DNA of 64,000 nucleotides from Acidimicrobiaceae bacterium (GTDB lineage: Bacteria > Actinomycetota > Acidimicrobiia > Acidimicrobiales > Aldehydirespiratoraceae). A program made the translations under genes and the position numbers. Shown here in pieces: positions 26,219-35,411 of the stretch. Where the stretch lies: assembly GCA_026708645.1 (NCBI GenBank), contig JAPOUM010000026.1:513-64512 (forward strand). Direction: 5' to 3'. A model generated the notes under the pieces. The model saw only the letters and a list, made by a program, of their open reading frames with translations. It had not been told where the DNA came from and made no database searches. Numbering within the stretch: position 1 is the first letter of the stretch; each line of letters begins with the position of its first letter.

Positions 26219-28291
26219 ATGTCCATAATTGAGAAGCCTGAAATAATTGAGAAGCCTGAAGTTGAGAAGCCGGACGCCCCGCCGCTGGAACTCGAGGCCG
26301 GCGAGGTCGTCAGGCACGCCGAGAGGCCTCTCGGAGTGTTCACGCGCCCGCAAGGCGGACGCGGCTGGCGCGACTGGCTCAGCACCGTCGACCACAAGCG
26401 CATCGGCATCCTCTACGGCGTCTCGGCGATGTTCTTCTTCTTGGTCGGAGGCGTCCAGGCGCTGCTGATCCGTCTGCAGCTGGCCGTGCCTGACGGCAGC
26501 GTGCTCAGCGCCGACGTCTACAACCAGATCTACACCATGCACGGCGTCACCATGGTGTTCCTGTTCATCATGCCCCTAGCCGCGGCTTTCGCGAACTACT
26601 TCATCCCTCTGCAGATCGGCGCGCGCGACGTGGCGTTCCCGCGGCTCAACGCTCTGTCTTTCTGGATCTGGCTCTCGGGCGCCATCTTCTTGAACACGTC
26701 CTGGATCGTGGGCGGCGGAGGCGCCGACTGCGGCTGGTTCTGCTATTCGCCCAACAGCGGAGTGGCCTTCTCTCCGAGTCACGGCGTTGACTTCTACGCC
26801 ATCGGATTGCAGATACTGGGTCTCGCCTCCCTGATTTCGGCGGTCAACTTGATCGTCACCTGCCTCAACATGCGCGCCCCCGGCATGACCTTGATGCGCA
26901 TGCCGATCTTCACCTGGATGCTGCTGATCACGCAGTTCCTGCTGCTGTTCGCTCTTCCGGTGATCACCGTGGCGCTGTTCTTGTTGATGTTCGACCGGGT
27001 CTTCGACGCGCAGTTCTTCAATGTCGACGCCGGCGCCGACCCGCTGCTGTGGCAGCACCTCTTCTGGATTTTCGGGCATCCCGAGGTCTACATCATCATC
27101 CTGCCAGCCTTCGGGGTGGTCTCCGAAGTGATCCCGACGTTCAGCCGCAAGCCCCTGTTCGGCTACGAGTTCATGGTGTTCTCCGGCGTCGCCATCGGTT
27201 TCATGGGCTGGGGGGTGTGGGCACACCACATGTTCGTGTCGGGCATGGGCCCCATATCCGTGGCGGCGTTCTCGCTGTCGACGATGTTCATAGCGGTGCC
27301 CACGGGCGTGAAAGTCCTCAACTGGCTGGCCACGATGTGGGGCGGCAAGCTGAGGTTCACAGTGGCCATGAAGTTCGCTGTGGCGACGGTGGCGATGTTC
27401 ACCATCGGGGGTCTGTCGGGCGTGACCCATTCGGTGGCGCCGGCCAACACTCAGCACACCGACACCTACTACATCGTGGCGCATTTCCACTATGTGATCT
27501 TCGGCGGCGGCGTGCTCGGACTGTTCGCGGGACTGTATTTCTGGTGGCCCAAGATCTGGGGGCATTTCCTCAACGAACGCGTCGGCAACTGGCATTTCTG
27601 GATGACTCTGGTCGGCTTCAACCTGACCTTCGGCCCGATGCACATTCTGGGGCTGCAAGGCATGTCGCGCCGCATCGACACTTACGCGCGCGGCTACGGC
27701 TTCGAGTTCTGGAACCTGATCGCCACTGTCGGCTCGCTGCTGATAGCCGCAGCCACGGCGCTGTTCATCTGGAACGTGATCAAGTCCAGACGCGAAGCCC
27801 GTCACCTGCCGCCGCCCGGGCCGGATCCCTGGGACGCCCGCAGCCTCGAATGGTCGGTGCCTTCGCCGGTGCCGGTACACAACTTCGACACGGTGCCGCA
27901 GATTCGCAGCCGCGACGACTGGTGGCACACCAAGTACGGCGAGGGCGCCGACGGCAGTGTGGTGCGACTGGCCACCGCCGAGGAGGCCGCTCAGACCGGC
28001 GAAGCTCAAGACGTGCATCTGCCTTCACCCTCTTTCTGGCCGCTGGCCGTGGCCGTGGGACTGCCTTTGATCGGCTACGGCTTGATCTTCAATCTCTGGT
28101 TCGCGCTGATCGGCGCGCTGATCGCGGTCGGTTCGCTGTATTCGTGGGCGCTGGAGCCGGTCGATGATCCCGACGCTGTCCACGACCATCACGACGACCA
28201 CACCGGCCATGACGACTCTTCCGGCCCGCCGCCGCCACCGCCTGAGTCGCCGGAGACGCCGCCGCCCGCCCCGGCCGAGGCCGCGTCATGA
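26219..28291 (+). CDS. ctaD: Cytochrome c oxidase subunit I with a C-terminal CtaF-like two-helix extension
   Basis: All canonical ligand motifs are present (GHPEVY, WAHHMF, HFHYV). The N-terminus has the IIEKPE IIEKPE VEKPD repeat. The extra C-terminal SFWPLAVAVGLPLIGYG... is followed by an HDHHDDHTGHDD tail. Confidence 0.92.
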   Translation: MSIIEKPEIIEKPEVEKPDAPPLELEAGEVVRHAERPLGVFTRPQGGRGWRDWLSTVDHKRIGILYGVSAMFFFLVGGVQALLIRLQLAVPDGSVLSADVYNQIYTMHGVTMVFLFIMPLAAAFANYFIPLQIGARDVAFPRLNALSFWIWLSGAIFLNTSWIVGGGGADCGWFCYSPNSGVAFSPSHGVDFYAIGLQILGLASLISAVNLIVTCLNMRAPGMTLMRMPIFTWMLLITQFLLLFALPVITVALFLLMFDRVFDAQFFNVDAGADPLLWQHLFWIFGHPEVYIIILPAFGVVSEVIPTFSRKPLFGYEFMVFSGVAIGFMGWGVWAHHMFVSGMGPISVAAFSLSTMFIAVPTGVKVLNWLATMWGGKLRFTVAMKFAVATVAMFTIGGLSGVTHSVAPANTQHTDTYYIVAHFHYVIFGGGVLGLFAGLYFWWPKIWGHFLNERVGNWHFWMTLVGFNLTFGPMHILGLQGMSRRIDTYARGYGFEFWNLIATVGSLLIAAATALFIWNVIKSRREARHLPPPGPDPWDARSLEWSVPSPVPVHNFDTVPQIRSRDDWWHTKYGEGADGSVVRLATAEEAAQTGEAQDVHLPSPSFWPLAVAVGLPLIGYGLIFNLWFALIGALIAVGSLYSWALEPVDDPDAVHDHHDDHTGHDDSSGPPPPPPESPETPPPAPAEAAS

Positions 28292-28923
28292 GCGCCGAGC
28301 CGGTGACGACCGATCCCGCGGCGGCCGCCGAGGCGGCTGTCGGCCACGACCCGCACGCCACTTCCACGGGCTTGTCGCACACCAAGCTCGCCATGTGGGT
28401 GTTCCTGGGCTCGGAGTGCCTGCTGTTCGGCGGGCTGGTCTCCACTTATCTGCTGTATGCCACCCGCGGCAACGGGCGAACGCTGCCTGCCGAAGTCTTC
28501 GACATCCCGTTCACGTCGGTGAGCTCGTTCGTGCTGTTGATGAGCTCGCTCACGATGGTGCTGGCTCTGTCGGCGGTGTCCCGAGGCGAGCCGGAGTCGG
28601 GAAGAGCCTGGTTGCTGGCCACAGCGCTGCTCGGCGGAGTGTTCCTCGGTGGGCAGGTGTACGAGTTCACGGCTTTCGTGCGCGAGGGGGTGGGCTTCAC
28701 CACCAGCCCGGCCAGCAGCGCATTCTTCACTCTGACCGGCTTCCACGGAGTACACGTGGCTCTGGGCATCGTCATGCTGATGTCGCTGTTCGTGCGATCA
28801 GTCAAAGGCAATCTCACCAAGAAGAACTCCGAGACCGTTGAGATCATCGGCCTTTACTGGCACTTCGTGGACATCGTGTGGATCTTCATCTTCACCGTCA
28901 TCTACCTGATCCCAGTCGACTGA
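28288..28923 (+). CDS. ctaE: Cytochrome c oxidase subunit III
   Basis: 211 aa with FFTLTGFHGVHV and YWHFVDIVW motifs. Its ATGA start overlaps the ctaD stop. Confidence 0.9.
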   Translation: MSAEPVTTDPAAAAEAAVGHDPHATSTGLSHTKLAMWVFLGSECLLFGGLVSTYLLYATRGNGRTLPAEVFDIPFTSVSSFVLLMSSLTMVLALSAVSRGEPESGRAWLLATALLGGVFLGGQVYEFTAFVREGVGFTTSPASSAFFTLTGFHGVHVALGIVMLMSLFVRSVKGNLTKKNSETVEIIGLYWHFVDIVWIFIFTVIYLIPVD

Positions 28924-28972
28924 TTCCCTAGAGCCGCGTCGAGCCACCGCCGCATAGCAGGACCATCACACA

Positions 28973-29344
28973 ATGAGCGAAACGACCACCACCGAACGAG
29001 CCGCAGAGCACGCTGCGGCGTCGAGCGACCCGAGCGCCGACACCGAGGCCCATAGCGAAGGGCACGCCCATCCTTCCGACTGGGCATACGTCAAGATCGC
29101 CTTGGCGTTGGCGGTGATAACCGCGCTGGAGGTTTTCACCTACTTCGAGTCGGTGCTCGACTGGGGCGTGGCGCTGGTGCCGTCGCTGCTGTTCATGATG
29201 GTCGTCAAGTTCTATTTGGTGGCTACCTGGTTCATGCATCTGCGTTTCGACAGCAAGCTGTTCGGCCGGATGTTCACCGCCGGGCTGCTGCTCGCCGTGG
29301 GCGTCTACGTCGCCACGCTGGCCGCCTCGGAGTTCTTCGCCTAG
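28973..29344 (+). CDS. Cytochrome c oxidase subunit IV (prokaryotic caa3/Bacillus type)
   Basis: 123 aa with 3 TM helices. The YVKIALALAVITALEV...KFYLVATWFMHL pattern is typical of the COX4_pro family. Confidence 0.75.
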   Translation: MSETTTTERAAEHAAASSDPSADTEAHSEGHAHPSDWAYVKIALALAVITALEVFTYFESVLDWGVALVPSLLFMMVVKFYLVATWFMHLRFDSKLFGRMFTAGLLLAVGVYVATLAASEFFA

Positions 29345-29414
29345 AGGCCGAGCGAGCTTCCTTAGAGGCCTGCCGCGACCCGGATAACTCCCCCGACTTC
29401 AGAGGTTCCTTCGA

Positions 29415-30320
29415 ATGCCGGCCGCCGCCGACGCTTGGCGATTCCAGTTCCACCCGGAGGTGTGGCTGATGATCGCGGCGATCGTCGGCCTCGGCTACTA
29501 CGTGGTCCGCGTGGTGGCGCCCGTGGCCGCCCCTGCCGGCGCCGCAGTGACACGCCGTCAGCGGCTGTGCTTCGTGGCCGGGGTGCTGCTGTTGTGGGTG
29601 TCGGCCGATTGGCCCATGCACGACATCGCCGAGGATTACCTCTACTCGGTCCACATGGTGCAGCATCTGCTGATCAGCTTCGTGGTGCCGCCGCTGCTGG
29701 TCATGGCCGTGCCCGAATGGCTGGCTCGGCTTATTCTGACCGAAGACTCGCGTGCGTCTCGTATGATCCGCCGTGCGACGCATCCGCTGGTGGCCGGCGT
29801 GGTCTTCAACGCCTTGCAAGGTTTGATGCACTGGAGCGCTCTGGTGGACCTGTCGGTGCGCAACGGCGCGTTCCACTACTCCATGCACCTGCTGATGTTC
29901 ACCAGCGCTCTGGCGATGTGGACGCCGCTGGTCTCCCCGCTCAAGGAGATGCAGCTCTCCGAGCCGTTGAAGATGCTCTATTTGTTCGCCATGTCGATAG
30001 TGCCGACTGTGCCCGCCGGCTGGCTCACCTTCGCTGAAGGTTCGGTCTACCCGGTCTACGACCACGCGCAGCGGCTCTGGGGTGTTTCTGTGACAGCCGA
30101 CCAGCAGGCGGCGGGCGCGGTTATGAAAGTGCTGGGCGGCCTTTACCTGTGGACGCTCATCGCCATCAAGTTCTTTCGCTTCTCGGCTGCGCAGCGCCAA
30201 GCCGACGCATCCGAGCGCCGCCGACGCCTGGAGGACGACACCCTCACCACAGCAGACGTGACAGCCGAATTCGAGCGGTTGGGCCGGCCGCCCGTCGAAC
30301 ATTCGAGACCAGCCGAATAG
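29415..30320 (+). CDS. ctaG: Cytochrome c oxidase assembly factor CtaG (Caa3_CtaG family)
   Basis: WRFQFHPEVW..., YLYSVHMVQHLLISFVVPPLLV and the polytopic membrane pattern. Confidence 0.8.
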   Translation: MPAAADAWRFQFHPEVWLMIAAIVGLGYYVVRVVAPVAAPAGAAVTRRQRLCFVAGVLLLWVSADWPMHDIAEDYLYSVHMVQHLLISFVVPPLLVMAVPEWLARLILTEDSRASRMIRRATHPLVAGVVFNALQGLMHWSALVDLSVRNGAFHYSMHLLMFTSALAMWTPLVSPLKEMQLSEPLKMLYLFAMSIVPTVPAGWLTFAEGSVYPVYDHAQRLWGVSVTADQQAAGAVMKVLGGLYLWTLIAIKFFRFSAAQRQADASERRRRLEDDTLTTADVTAEFERLGRPPVEHSRPAE

Positions 30321-30375
30321 CAGCGCCCGTCGGGTCGGGGTCCGGTCGTCAGGCGGTACGGTCGTCAGGCGTCTG

Positions 30376-30445
30376 ACTCGTATTCCTGAGCCGCTGCCTC
30401 AGACGCTTTCTGAGCCGCCGTCTCAGGCGTTTCCTCAGCCGCCGG
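30376..30445. repeat. Tandem ~24-bp units, each a short hairpin (CTGAGCCGC..CTCAG), between convergent ctaG and the KamA gene
   Basis: The sequence CCTGAGCCGCTGCCTCAGACGCTTTC TGAGCCGCCGTCTCAGGCGTTTCC TCAGCCGCC was read directly. Confidence 0.6.
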
Positions 30446-32036
30446 CTTTGCGGCCCGCCGACGCGGAACGCTGCTTGTGCAGTTCCTCGTCGTGTCTTCG
30501 CTGCGCCGGGGTGAGACGGGCTTTGGCACCGCCGCCGGAGTCCTGCTGGGAGCGCGCCGTCTCGGCGGCGGCGGCGATCTCCACCCGCTTCGGCCGCTTG
30601 AAGTTGAACAAGCCGGCCTCGTCCACGATCACCCTGTCGTCGTAGTCGTCGAACCACAAAGCCTCGGGGTTGCGCCCCACGATCGCGGTCCTGCCGCGTC
30701 CGGAGGCGTCTTGCGGGCTGCGCAGCACCTTGAACACCACCACGCCGTTCTCGGCGCCCGGCACTCCCGGAATCGGTTCGTCGGTCACCGCGGCCACCTC
30801 GGTCTTGCCCTTGAAGTGGACCAGAGTGAGCCGTGCGTGGGCTTCGACGCCCGACAGCCCCTGCTGCGACTCGTTGAGAATTCGCCAGGCGGTCTCGACG
30901 GGCACGTTGAACGCCTTGTAGGCGACGATGTTGCGACCGCCGAAGAAGTAATGGTTCTCGATGCCGGCGGCTTTCAGGGTCTGCTGAAGCAGCCGCAGAG
31001 CGTCGGGGTCGTCGTTCACGCCGCGAATGATCGGCGACTGGTTCTCGACGCAGATCCAGCCTCTCGAAGTGATCTGCTCCACGGCTTGCGCCACTCTGCG
31101 ATTCCATCGGAAGCGGCCGTTCTCGCCGGCGACGTAGCCGGCGACGTAGCCGCCGTCGGGCGCCTTGTCCAGGAGTTCGTCGGGATGGTTGAAATGCACC
31201 ATGAACCGCAGCGCCACATCGGGGTAGACCTCATGGAACAGGTCGAGCATCGACATCAGGGCCCCGTCGAAGCGCTGCGGATGGAACGCCAGCTCTTTGG
31301 TGCCGATCCTGATCACTTCGGCGCCAGCCTCAGCCAGAGCGGTCAGCCAGCCGGCCAGCTTGGAGTTGGGCAGCACCATCGGGTCGCCGCCGGACAGCAG
31401 GATCTCGCGCAGCTTGGGCCGCCCGGTCTCGGGATGCCTGCCGCCGTTGGCCGCCACTGCGGCGTTGTGGGCGCGGATGTAATCGGTCACCTCGCCGGGC
31501 TGCGCCAGACCCTTCTTCTTGACGGTGCCGTCGGCGTGGGCGACCTCTTTGCGGGCGATCAGCTCTTCGCGGTAGCAGAACCTGCAATGCGCCGAGCAGG
31601 TGGAGATCACATACAGCAACGCCATCTCGTATTTGTGGAGCAGCCCCTCCACCGGGCTGTAGTCGAGTTGCCCGGCGGGGTCCTCGTCGCCTTCGAGGTC
31701 GGCGGTCTCGTCGGCGGAGGCCTTGACCAGGCGCTGCAAGGAGCGGCTGTTGCGGGCCATCTCGAAGTAGTGGCGGGTGATCTTCACCGGCATCCGCGCC
31801 TCGACGTCGCGTGCGCTGCCGGTGAGGGGCTGCAACTCTGCCAGCTCGTCGGACGAGTAGAAGCCTCGCATCTCCTCGGGAGCGGACCCGCTGATGAACG
31901 GGTCCAGGCCGTTGACGATCTGGCGGTCATAGCGCGGGTTCTCGACGTGATCGAGCACTCGCCGCTCGGTTTCGGTGGGCTGATATTTCGCTTTGCGCTG
32001 GATTTTGGTGTTGGCAGTCATGGCACCTTCAGTCAT
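30435..32036 (-). CDS. KamA-family radical SAM protein (lysine 2,3-aminomutase-like) with a long C-terminal extension
   Basis: Radical SAM cluster motif CSAHCRFCYREE and the KamA-like pattern around it. The start is taken at the ATG with an upstream GGGAG (the ORF opens at 32111 with TTG). Confidence 0.8.
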   Translation of the reverse strand: MTEGAMTANTKIQRKAKYQPTETERRVLDHVENPRYDRQIVNGLDPFISGSAPEEMRGFYSSDELAELQPLTGSARDVEARMPVKITRHYFEMARNSRSLQRLVKASADETADLEGDEDPAGQLDYSPVEGLLHKYEMALLYVISTCSAHCRFCYREELIARKEVAHADGTVKKKGLAQPGEVTDYIRAHNAAVAANGGRHPETGRPKLREILLSGGDPMVLPNSKLAGWLTALAEAGAEVIRIGTKELAFHPQRFDGALMSMLDLFHEVYPDVALRFMVHFNHPDELLDKAPDGGYVAGYVAGENGRFRWNRRVAQAVEQITSRGWICVENQSPIIRGVNDDPDALRLLQQTLKAAGIENHYFFGGRNIVAYKAFNVPVETAWRILNESQQGLSGVEAHARLTLVHFKGKTEVAAVTDEPIPGVPGAENGVVVFKVLRSPQDASGRGRTAIVGRNPEALWFDDYDDRVIVDEAGLFNFKRPKRVEIAAAAETARSQQDSGGGAKARLTPAQRRHDEELHKQRSASAGRKAGG

Positions 32037-32270
32037 AGAACTTTTGCTCCCGACCCGGTCGGCGGAGAGGATCACTCTCGGAGAGCCGTCGTAGTCAGCA
32101 CATCCCTCCAACGGTCACGGCCGCCGTCGCTGACACGGGCTATCGAGAGTCCTCGCTTCAGTCTGCCAGATAATCCACAGCTGTGCAAAACCGTGCGGTG
32201 AGAGCCTGCTAATCCAGCGGGCGGAATGCCGGGAGTTTCTCCGCCGTTCGCAGGCGCTACCGTCACAGTC

Positions 32271-33557
32271 GTGCTGGACCTGAGGCTGCTGCGAGCCGAC
32301 CCCGAGACAGTGAAAGCCGCGGTCGCCCGCAGAGGAGAGCCCACTGCGCCGCTCGACGAGGTGATCGCCCACGACCGGCGCCGGCGCCGTCTGGTGGCCG
32401 AAGCCGACGAGCTGAGAGCCGAAGTCAAGAAGATCTCGGCGTCGGTGGGCGCTCTGTTCCGTGAGGATCGAGCCGACGAAGCCGAGGAGCTGCGCGCCGG
32501 CAGCCGTGAGCTGACCGAGCGCATCGACGGGCTCTCCGACGAAGCCGAGCAGCTCGCGGAATGGATCCGTCGCATCCTTCTCTACGTGCCCAACATGGTG
32601 GCCGACGACTGCCCCGACGGCGCCGGACCTGACGACAATGTCGCTTTGCGCACCGTAGGTTATGACCCCGACTCCTACGGCGAGCATCAGCGGGTGGAGC
32701 ACACCGACATCGGCGAGCAGCTCGGCATCCTGGACTTTCAGCGGGCGGTGCGCATGTCGGGCGCCATGTTCGCCATGTACCGCGGGCTCGGCGCACGGCT
32801 GGTGCGAGCCCTGATCGACTACGGGCTGGACCGCAACCGCGACCTCTACGAGGAGATCCGTCCGCCGACGCTGGTGCGCACCGAGACCATGACCAGCACC
32901 GGCCATCTGCCGAAGTTCTCTGACGACGCCTACCTGCTCGAACGCGACAACCTGTGGGCGATACCGACCGCCGAGGTGCCGCTGACTTCGCTCCTCGCCG
33001 GAGAGACAGTCGACGAGGACGCTCTGCCGATCCGGCTGATGAGCCACACGTCATGCTTCCGCCGCGAGGCGGGATCCGCCGGAAGCGACACTCGCGGGCT
33101 GCTGCGCCTGCACGAGTTCGACAAGGTGGAGCTCTACGGTTTCTGCACGCCCGAACAGGCTCAGGACATGCACCGCGAGATCCTGCATCGAGCTGAGAGC
33201 GCCATAGCCGACCTGGGCTTGGCGTACCGCGTGCTGGATCTCTGCACCGCTGATCTGGGGGCCGCGTCGGCGCGGACTTTCGACATCGAGGCGTATGCGC
33301 CCGGCGCCGACCGCTGGCTGGAGGTGTCAAGCGTCTCCTGGTGCCGCGACTATCAGGCTCGCAGAGCCGAAGTCCGCTACCGGCCCGCAGACGACGGGCG
33401 CACACGGATGGTTCACAGCCTCAACGGTTCGGGGCTGGCGGTGCCGCGAGTGTGGGTGGCTCTGGTGGAGACCTGCCGCCGCCCCGACGGCTCGGTGGCG
33501 ATTCCCGAGGCGCTGCTGCCCTACATGGGAGGCATCGTTTCGATCCCGGCCCGCTGA
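32271..33557 (+). CDS. serS: Serine--tRNA ligase
   Basis: VLDLRLLRADPETVKAAVARRG is the canonical SerS N-terminus (GTG at 32271; the ORF opens at 32226). Class II motifs (FRREAGS...TRGLLRLHEF) are present. Confidence 0.9.
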   Translation: MLDLRLLRADPETVKAAVARRGEPTAPLDEVIAHDRRRRRLVAEADELRAEVKKISASVGALFREDRADEAEELRAGSRELTERIDGLSDEAEQLAEWIRRILLYVPNMVADDCPDGAGPDDNVALRTVGYDPDSYGEHQRVEHTDIGEQLGILDFQRAVRMSGAMFAMYRGLGARLVRALIDYGLDRNRDLYEEIRPPTLVRTETMTSTGHLPKFSDDAYLLERDNLWAIPTAEVPLTSLLAGETVDEDALPIRLMSHTSCFRREAGSAGSDTRGLLRLHEFDKVELYGFCTPEQAQDMHREILHRAESAIADLGLAYRVLDLCTADLGAASARTFDIEAYAPGADRWLEVSSVSWCRDYQARRAEVRYRPADDGRTRMVHSLNGSGLAVPRVWVALVETCRRPDGSVAIPEALLPYMGGIVSIPAR

Positions 33558-33568
33558 GGCGCCGGCCG

Positions 33569-34213
33569 ATGGACCTGGCTCGGCTGCGCGAGCACTACTC
33601 CGAGACGGGCTTCAGCGAGTCCGAAGCGGCCGACGATCCGATGACGCAGTTCGAGGAATGGTTCGGGGCGTGGCTGGCCACGGCGCCCTACGACGCCTCC
33701 GCCTGCGTGGTCGCCACCACCGACAACGACGGCTGGCCGTCGGCGCGGGCGGTGCTGCTCAAAGGCTTCGACGAGCGCGGTTTCGTGTTCCACACCAACC
33801 GACGCTCGGCCAAAGGGTCGGATCTGGAGCTCAGCGGACGCGCCGCGCTGTGCTTCTTGTGGCATCCCGTGGAGCGCCAAGTGCGTGTGGTGGGCAGCGC
33901 GGAGCATCTGCCCGACCATGAGAGCGACGCCTATTTCGCGTCGCGGCCACGGGGCTCGCAGATCGCGGCCTGTGCCTCGCCGCAGTCGCAGCCGCTGGCC
34001 GACCGCGGCGAACTCGAACGCCTCGTCGCGCAGACAGAAGCCCGCTACGAAGGCGCGACCGTGCCGCGCCCGCAACATTGGGGCGGCTATCTGGTGCGCC
34101 CGCATCTGGTGGAGTTCTGGCAGGGCCGTCGCAGCCGCCTGCATGATCGGCTGCGTTTCAGCCGCGACGACTCGACCGCCGCCGGCTGGCGCTTGGAGCG
34201 CTTAGCGCCCTAG
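33569..34213 (+). CDS. pdxH: Pyridoxamine 5'-phosphate oxidase
   Basis: 214 aa from the ATG at 33569. Motifs PSARAVLLKGFDERGFVFHTN, WGGYLV and FWQGRRSRLHDRLRF. Confidence 0.88.
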   Translation: MDLARLREHYSETGFSESEAADDPMTQFEEWFGAWLATAPYDASACVVATTDNDGWPSARAVLLKGFDERGFVFHTNRRSAKGSDLELSGRAALCFLWHPVERQVRVVGSAEHLPDHESDAYFASRPRGSQIAACASPQSQPLADRGELERLVAQTEARYEGATVPRPQHWGGYLVRPHLVEFWQGRRSRLHDRLRFSRDDSTAAGWRLERLAP

Positions 34214-34255
34214 AGACCGAGCGCGCCGGCGAGTCAACAACGTCTGACGCCGTCG

Positions 34256-35407
34256 TCAAGCTTGGGGCGCGTGCGCGGCTTCGGGGCTTGAGTTGGGGGT
34301 GCTGCGCTGCTGGCGTATCCGGCGTATCCGCCGCAGCAGGATCCACACCATCACTGCAGCGACGACTATCTCCAACGGCGTTCCGAAACGAAGCGGGTCG
34401 CTGAACCAGTTGCCTGCACGCTGCGGCCAGCCGGCGACGAAACGCAGCACCGGCAACAGCACGAACTCGCCCTGGTTGAAGCCGAACTCCACCACCAGGT
34501 AGAGCAGCGCGTAAACGGACGTCACCACTCTGCGGGCCAGCACGTTGGTGGCGCCCTGCCGCCAGGCCAGCACCAGGCTGCCCAACACTCCCAGTGCGCA
34601 GATCACCCCCAGACGCTGAGAGCCGACGTCGTCGATCCAGTTGGTGACCGCGCTCTGGAACTCGGCGAACCGCTCGACCAGCACATTGTGGGCGCTGGGA
34701 TCGTCGATGATCTGCAGCTCCCACCAGCCGTAGTTCGCCAGATAGACCCCGGACGCCAGCAGCGCCAAGCCCGAGATCGGGTTGATCCAGCGGAACACTC
34801 TGCGCATCGACTGCACCACACTGTTGCGAGCCAGCGCCAGAGCCATTGTCAGGAACGCGATCACCGCGCCCATGCCGACGCCGTAGGCGATGAAGTTGGC
34901 GGTGCCGTCGGCCACTCCGTCGGCCGAGAAGCTCGCGGCCACAGCGGCGATGAACAGCCCGATGGTGCATGAGAGCGACACCACCGCATAGCTGACCCCG
35001 AACATGAAAACCGACCCCAGGCCGCGGCCTTCTGTGCCTCGGCTGAGTTTCGGCAAGCGCAGGTTGACGGTTCTGCCGGCCAGCATCCACACTCCGAGAA
35101 TCGCCATGAGCACACCCACGACGATGGTGACGTAGCCGATGTTCTCGAGCACGGCGCCCTGGCTGAGCACGGTTTCGAACAGGGTGCCGAAAGCCCCGAA
35201 AACGATCACGAAACCGGCTGTGAGCGTCAGCGCCACAGCCATCGCCCGCAGCATCGCTTTGAGCCCTTGCGCTCCTGAGGCGGGCGCGGAGACGTTCTCG
35301 ACGCCTATGAAATAGCCGAGATAGGCGGGCAGCAGAGCGAAACCGCAGGGGTTGAACGCCGCTACCAGCCCCAACGAGAACGGATAACTGAGCGCCGCCC
35401 AGTCCAT
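34256..35407 (-). CDS. ccdA: Cytochrome c biogenesis protein CcdA/DsbD-family thiol-disulfide transporter (extended)
   Basis: The N-terminal AAFNPCGFALLPAYLGYF motif and multiple TM helices. 383 aa, longer than typical CcdA. Confidence 0.7.
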   Translation of the reverse strand: MDWAALSYPFSLGLVAAFNPCGFALLPAYLGYFIGVENVSAPASGAQGLKAMLRAMAVALTLTAGFVIVFGAFGTLFETVLSQGAVLENIGYVTIVVGVLMAILGVWMLAGRTVNLRLPKLSRGTEGRGLGSVFMFGVSYAVVSLSCTIGLFIAAVAASFSADGVADGTANFIAYGVGMGAVIAFLTMALALARNSVVQSMRRVFRWINPISGLALLASGVYLANYGWWELQIIDDPSAHNVLVERFAEFQSAVTNWIDDVGSQRLGVICALGVLGSLVLAWRQGATNVLARRVVTSVYALLYLVVEFGFNQGEFVLLPVLRFVAGWPQRAGNWFSDPLRFGTPLEIVVAAVMVWILLRRIRRIRQQRSTPNSSPEAAHAPQA

Positions 35408-35411
35408 TGCT

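Noticed and set aside
26576-28167. 480-aa antisense ORF (26576-28018) and 372-aa alternate-frame ORF (27049-28167) within ctaD.
   Set aside because: These are shadow ORFs of the unambiguous subunit I gene.
31975-32120. An apparent 1-nt discrepancy between my manual position counting and the ORF-track frame near the 5' end of the KamA-family gene.
   Set aside because: This is most likely my own counting error and not a frameshift. The ORF track shows one continuous frame, so the track coordinates were used.
32112-32270. Possible T-box or riboswitch leader upstream of serS.
   Set aside because: I could find no T-box consensus (…GGGTGGTACCGCG…) or specifier-loop features. The interval is also short (~155 nt).
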